A stretch of 64,000 bases of DNA from the NCBI GenBank assembly GCA_041488455.1, contig JBGPPG010000004.1, positions 143-64,142 on the forward strand, given 5' to 3'. Of this stretch, positions 62,498 to 64,000 are shown in pieces. A program made the translations under genes and the position numbers. The notes under the pieces are model-generated. The model was not told the origin of the DNA. It made no database searches and saw only the letters and a list, made by a program, of their open reading frames with translations. The DNA comes from Gemmatimonadota bacterium. GTDB lineage: Bacteria; Gemmatimonadota; Gemmatimonadetes; Gemmatimonadales; GWC2-71-9. Numbering within the stretch: position 1 is the stretch's first letter; each line of letters opens with the position of its first letter.

Positions 62498-62765
62498 GGA
62501 AGATGATCCCCGCCGTGTGGCGGCGTCCCGAGCGGATGCGGCTGACGCCGTGGCGCAGATTGACCCGGTAGACGCCGCGCGCCCCTTGCACCGGCCGGTG
62601 ATGAACAGCGAACGCAACGGTGGATCGGGAACACGTGCTCGCCGTAGAGTCCTGGGCCACAGACGTTCCTGGCTCAGGTGTCGTCTTACGACCGACAGTC
62701 TACCAGCGCAGGCGGATCCTCGCGCTCCGGTTCTTGCTATCAAATTCGAACTGGAGAGCGCGAAA

Positions 62766-62796
62766 AAGCCCGACAGCGGAACTCGCTGTAGGGCTT
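62766..62796 (-). terminator. Intrinsic terminator (minus strand)
   Basis: Stem of 12 base pairs plus one internal mismatch (62766-62778 with 62784-62796), with loop GAACT. Followed on the minus strand by TTTTT. Confidence 0.6.
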
Positions 62797-62807
62797 GATC
62801 TTGTGAG

Positions 62808-62845
62808 TCGCGGCTCCCGGAGTTGAACCGGCGACCTCTTGCTCA
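62808..62845 (-). other. tRNA 3'-half-like fragment (anticodon-stem 3' strand, T-arm, acceptor 3' strand)
   Basis: GAGCAAGAGGTCGCCGGTTCAACTCCGGGAGCCGCGA matches the 3' half of the partial tRNA at 63965 at 31 of 36 positions, and tRNA-Arg at about 28 of 38. No 5' half can be folded. Confidence 0.45.
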
Positions 62846-62876
62846 CGACGGGGTCGCCGGGCCCCCCGCCGTCGGC

Positions 62877-63008
62877 CTACCGTGGGGCCATTGCCACCAG
62901 ATTCGCGACCAGGGCGGCGAGCGTCAGCAGCTCGCATCCGAGCAGCATCCATCGGTACGGGTTGGAGCTCGCCGGCTGCTCGGGGCGCCTCGCGATCGGA
63001 TCTACCAT
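62877..63008 (-). CDS. 43-aa single-TM peptide (below the ORF-track threshold)
   Basis: My own translation is MVDPIARRPEQPASSNPYRWMLLGCELLTLAALVANLVAMAPR. GGGAGG lies 6 nt upstream of the ATG. Confidence 0.45.
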   Translation of the reverse strand: MVDPIARRPEQPASSNPYRWMLLGCELLTLAALVANLVAMAPR

Positions 63009-63047
63009 GAAGTCCTCCCGGTTGCGGGGCTACTGTGGGATTGATCG

Positions 63048-63311
63048 CTACCTGCTGGCGTGGCCTGCATCGGGCTGGCCATGGCGCCACGTCCAGTACT
63101 GCTTTTGTTCATCGGCGGGCCGTCGGTTGAACTCCTGATGCGGTCTCCGGGTTTCACCTTCCCACCGCGTGTAAAAGCCGACTTCCTGAGTATTCCACGT
63201 GTGATAATCGCTGTAGGCAGGGTCGTACACCCGATGGGTCGCACAGCCGGTCACCACCGCAAGGGCGAACGAGATCACGAGGGCGCCGAGAAATCTGTCT
63301 CTATAGTACAT
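63048..63311 (-). CDS. Small lipoprotein
   Basis: Lipobox FALAVVTGC after a short basic N-terminus. Confidence 0.6.
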   Translation of the reverse strand: MYYRDRFLGALVISFALAVVTGCATHRVYDPAYSDYHTWNTQEVGFYTRWEGETRRPHQEFNRRPADEQKQYWTWRHGQPDAGHASR

Positions 63312-63397
63312 AGCGTGCCTTATCCGTTTTCCGGTTGGTCCCCTCACCGCTGAACGGCGGAGTCCCGACCGCGTTGGTGTCGGTTGCGCGCTGAACG

Positions 63398-63754
63398 TCA
63401 GCGCTGCCAGATGTAGAGCCCGTACAGTCCGATCGCCGCGCCGCCGATCGCGATGACGGTGCCGCCCGTGTCTCCGATGAGTATGCCTGTGATCACCGCG
63501 GCCCCGCCCACGATCGCCAGGACGCGGCCCTCACGGCGGCCCATGGCCCTGGCTGCCGTGGCGTTGACGGCGGTCGGCTGGTCGCTGACGTCCGTGATCC
63601 CGAAGCGTACGGCGCTCATCGTGGGCGCAAGCGAGGCAGCTGGCCCCAGGGCGGGGGCGTTTCCCGCCGCGCTCTGCTGCGCTGCGGCTGCCCCCGCGAA
63701 GCAGAGAGTGAGAAACAGCGCGCAGACACTCCAGAACCCACCGGCTCGAGCCAT
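63398..63754 (-). CDS. Secreted protein with a glycine-zipper membrane C-terminus
   Basis: Signal peptide ending AAAAQQ. The C-terminus is AIVGGAAVITGILIGDTGGTVIAIGGAAIGLYGLYIW. Confidence 0.6.
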   Translation of the reverse strand: MARAGGFWSVCALFLTLCFAGAAAAQQSAAGNAPALGPAASLAPTMSAVRFGITDVSDQPTAVNATAARAMGRREGRVLAIVGGAAVITGILIGDTGGTVIAIGGAAIGLYGLYIWQR

Positions 63755-63921
63755 CGTCTCCTCCGACTACGGCGTTCCTGCTCTCCAACCTGCGGGCACA
63801 CGACCGGCCAGCTCCTTAGCGCTGCCGACGTGCCGGCTGTGCGAGAAGGGTATGGGGAGCATGAGAGGGTCACAACTGATCGTTCGGCCTAGCTCCGAAG
63901 GACTACGCGTATGGAATGAAA

Positions 63922-63952
63922 GAGCCCTGCAACGAATTCCGTTGCAGGGCTC
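63922..63952 (-). terminator. Hairpin downstream of the partial tRNA
   Basis: Perfect 13-bp stem (GAGCCCTGCAACG / CGTTGCAGGGCTC) with a 5-nt loop. A T-rich tract (TTTCATT) follows on the minus strand. Confidence 0.5.
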
Positions 63953-63964
63953 CTGGTTACTCAG

Positions 63965-64000
63965 TCGGGGCGCCCGGATTTGAACCGGGGACCTCCTGCT
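63965..64000 (-). tRNA. tRNA, 3' portion only (probably tRNA-Pro); the remainder is outside the window
   Basis: T-arm CCCGGTTCAAATCCGGG and acceptor 3' strand CGCCCCG plus A. This implies a C1-G72 pair, as in bacterial tRNA-Pro. Confidence 0.65.

Noticed and set aside
62484-62660. A ~58-aa minus-strand ORF (…VAFAVHHRPVQGARGVYRVNLRHGVSRIRSGRRHTAGIIFHDAE) whose stop overlaps the start of the NTF2-like gene.
   Set aside because: It has only a GTG start candidate, no RBS and no family resemblance. It may be a fragment of a degraded gene.
62808-62910. A complete, possibly long-arm or Sec-type tRNA at this position.
   Set aside because: No anticodon stem or D-arm can be folded upstream of the T-arm-like segment. 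The would-be 5' half lies inside the 43-aa coding sequence.
62762-63010. tmRNA (ssrA) at 62.8-63.0 kb, suggested by the GGTTCAACTCC T-arm-like 3' end, an upstream short ORF and a GAATCTGG motif.
   Set aside because: The putative 5' and 3' ends are only ~100 nt apart. The acceptor stem would have no discriminator or CCA context. The ORF has its own ATG and strong RBS, and no pseudoknot-rich body is present.
1-64000. CRISPR arrays, IS elements or intact prophage genes.
   Set aside because: I found no regularly spaced 25-40-nt direct repeats, and no transposase or phage structural motifs in any frame I read. The only recombinase trace is the remnant at 57828-58112.

Overview
High-G+C bacterial chromosomal segment, about 70% by eye, densely coded, with no CRISPR array or intact mobile element. 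All calls come from reading the ORF track and sequence. No searches were run, and start codons are best guesses.

Layout:
- 1-8.5 kb: M50 protease, then a conserved cluster of unknown function (RDD-SpoIIM fusion, DUF4129, DUF4350, MoxR ATPase, DUF58).
- 8.5-12.3 kb: hybrid PAS histidine kinase plus a REC-HD-GYP regulator.
- 13-26.5 kb: CHAD protein, a possible metal-handling secreted-protein operon, homoserine dehydrogenase, a GT4 glycosyltransferase, a cupredoxin with a Met-Gly repeat, M1 aminopeptidase and a beta-helix protein.
- 26.7-52.9 kb: a stress or dormancy-like island. It holds three tandem USPs, Hsp20, two CBS-pair proteins, PpsA, Cfa, a GGDEF protein, dodecin, an HPF-cold-shock fusion, a BON protein, an eRF1-like protein, a PRTase-erythromycin esterase-DLH operon, two P-type ATPases and a HAD-HerA-like ATPase fusion.
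- 53.2-58.2 kb: a lower-G+C decayed island at tRNA-Arg(CCG), with an integrase remnant and a stand-alone A-T-TE NRPS-like gene.
- 58.4-64 kb: Dps, an AP-family enzyme, a catalase-related protein, a frameshifted NTF2-like gene, small envelope proteins, a tRNA-like fragment and a partial tRNA.

Main finding: arrays of CTTCA pentamers phased at exactly 11 bp lie upstream of most stress transcription units. This suggests a shared, unidentified regulator.
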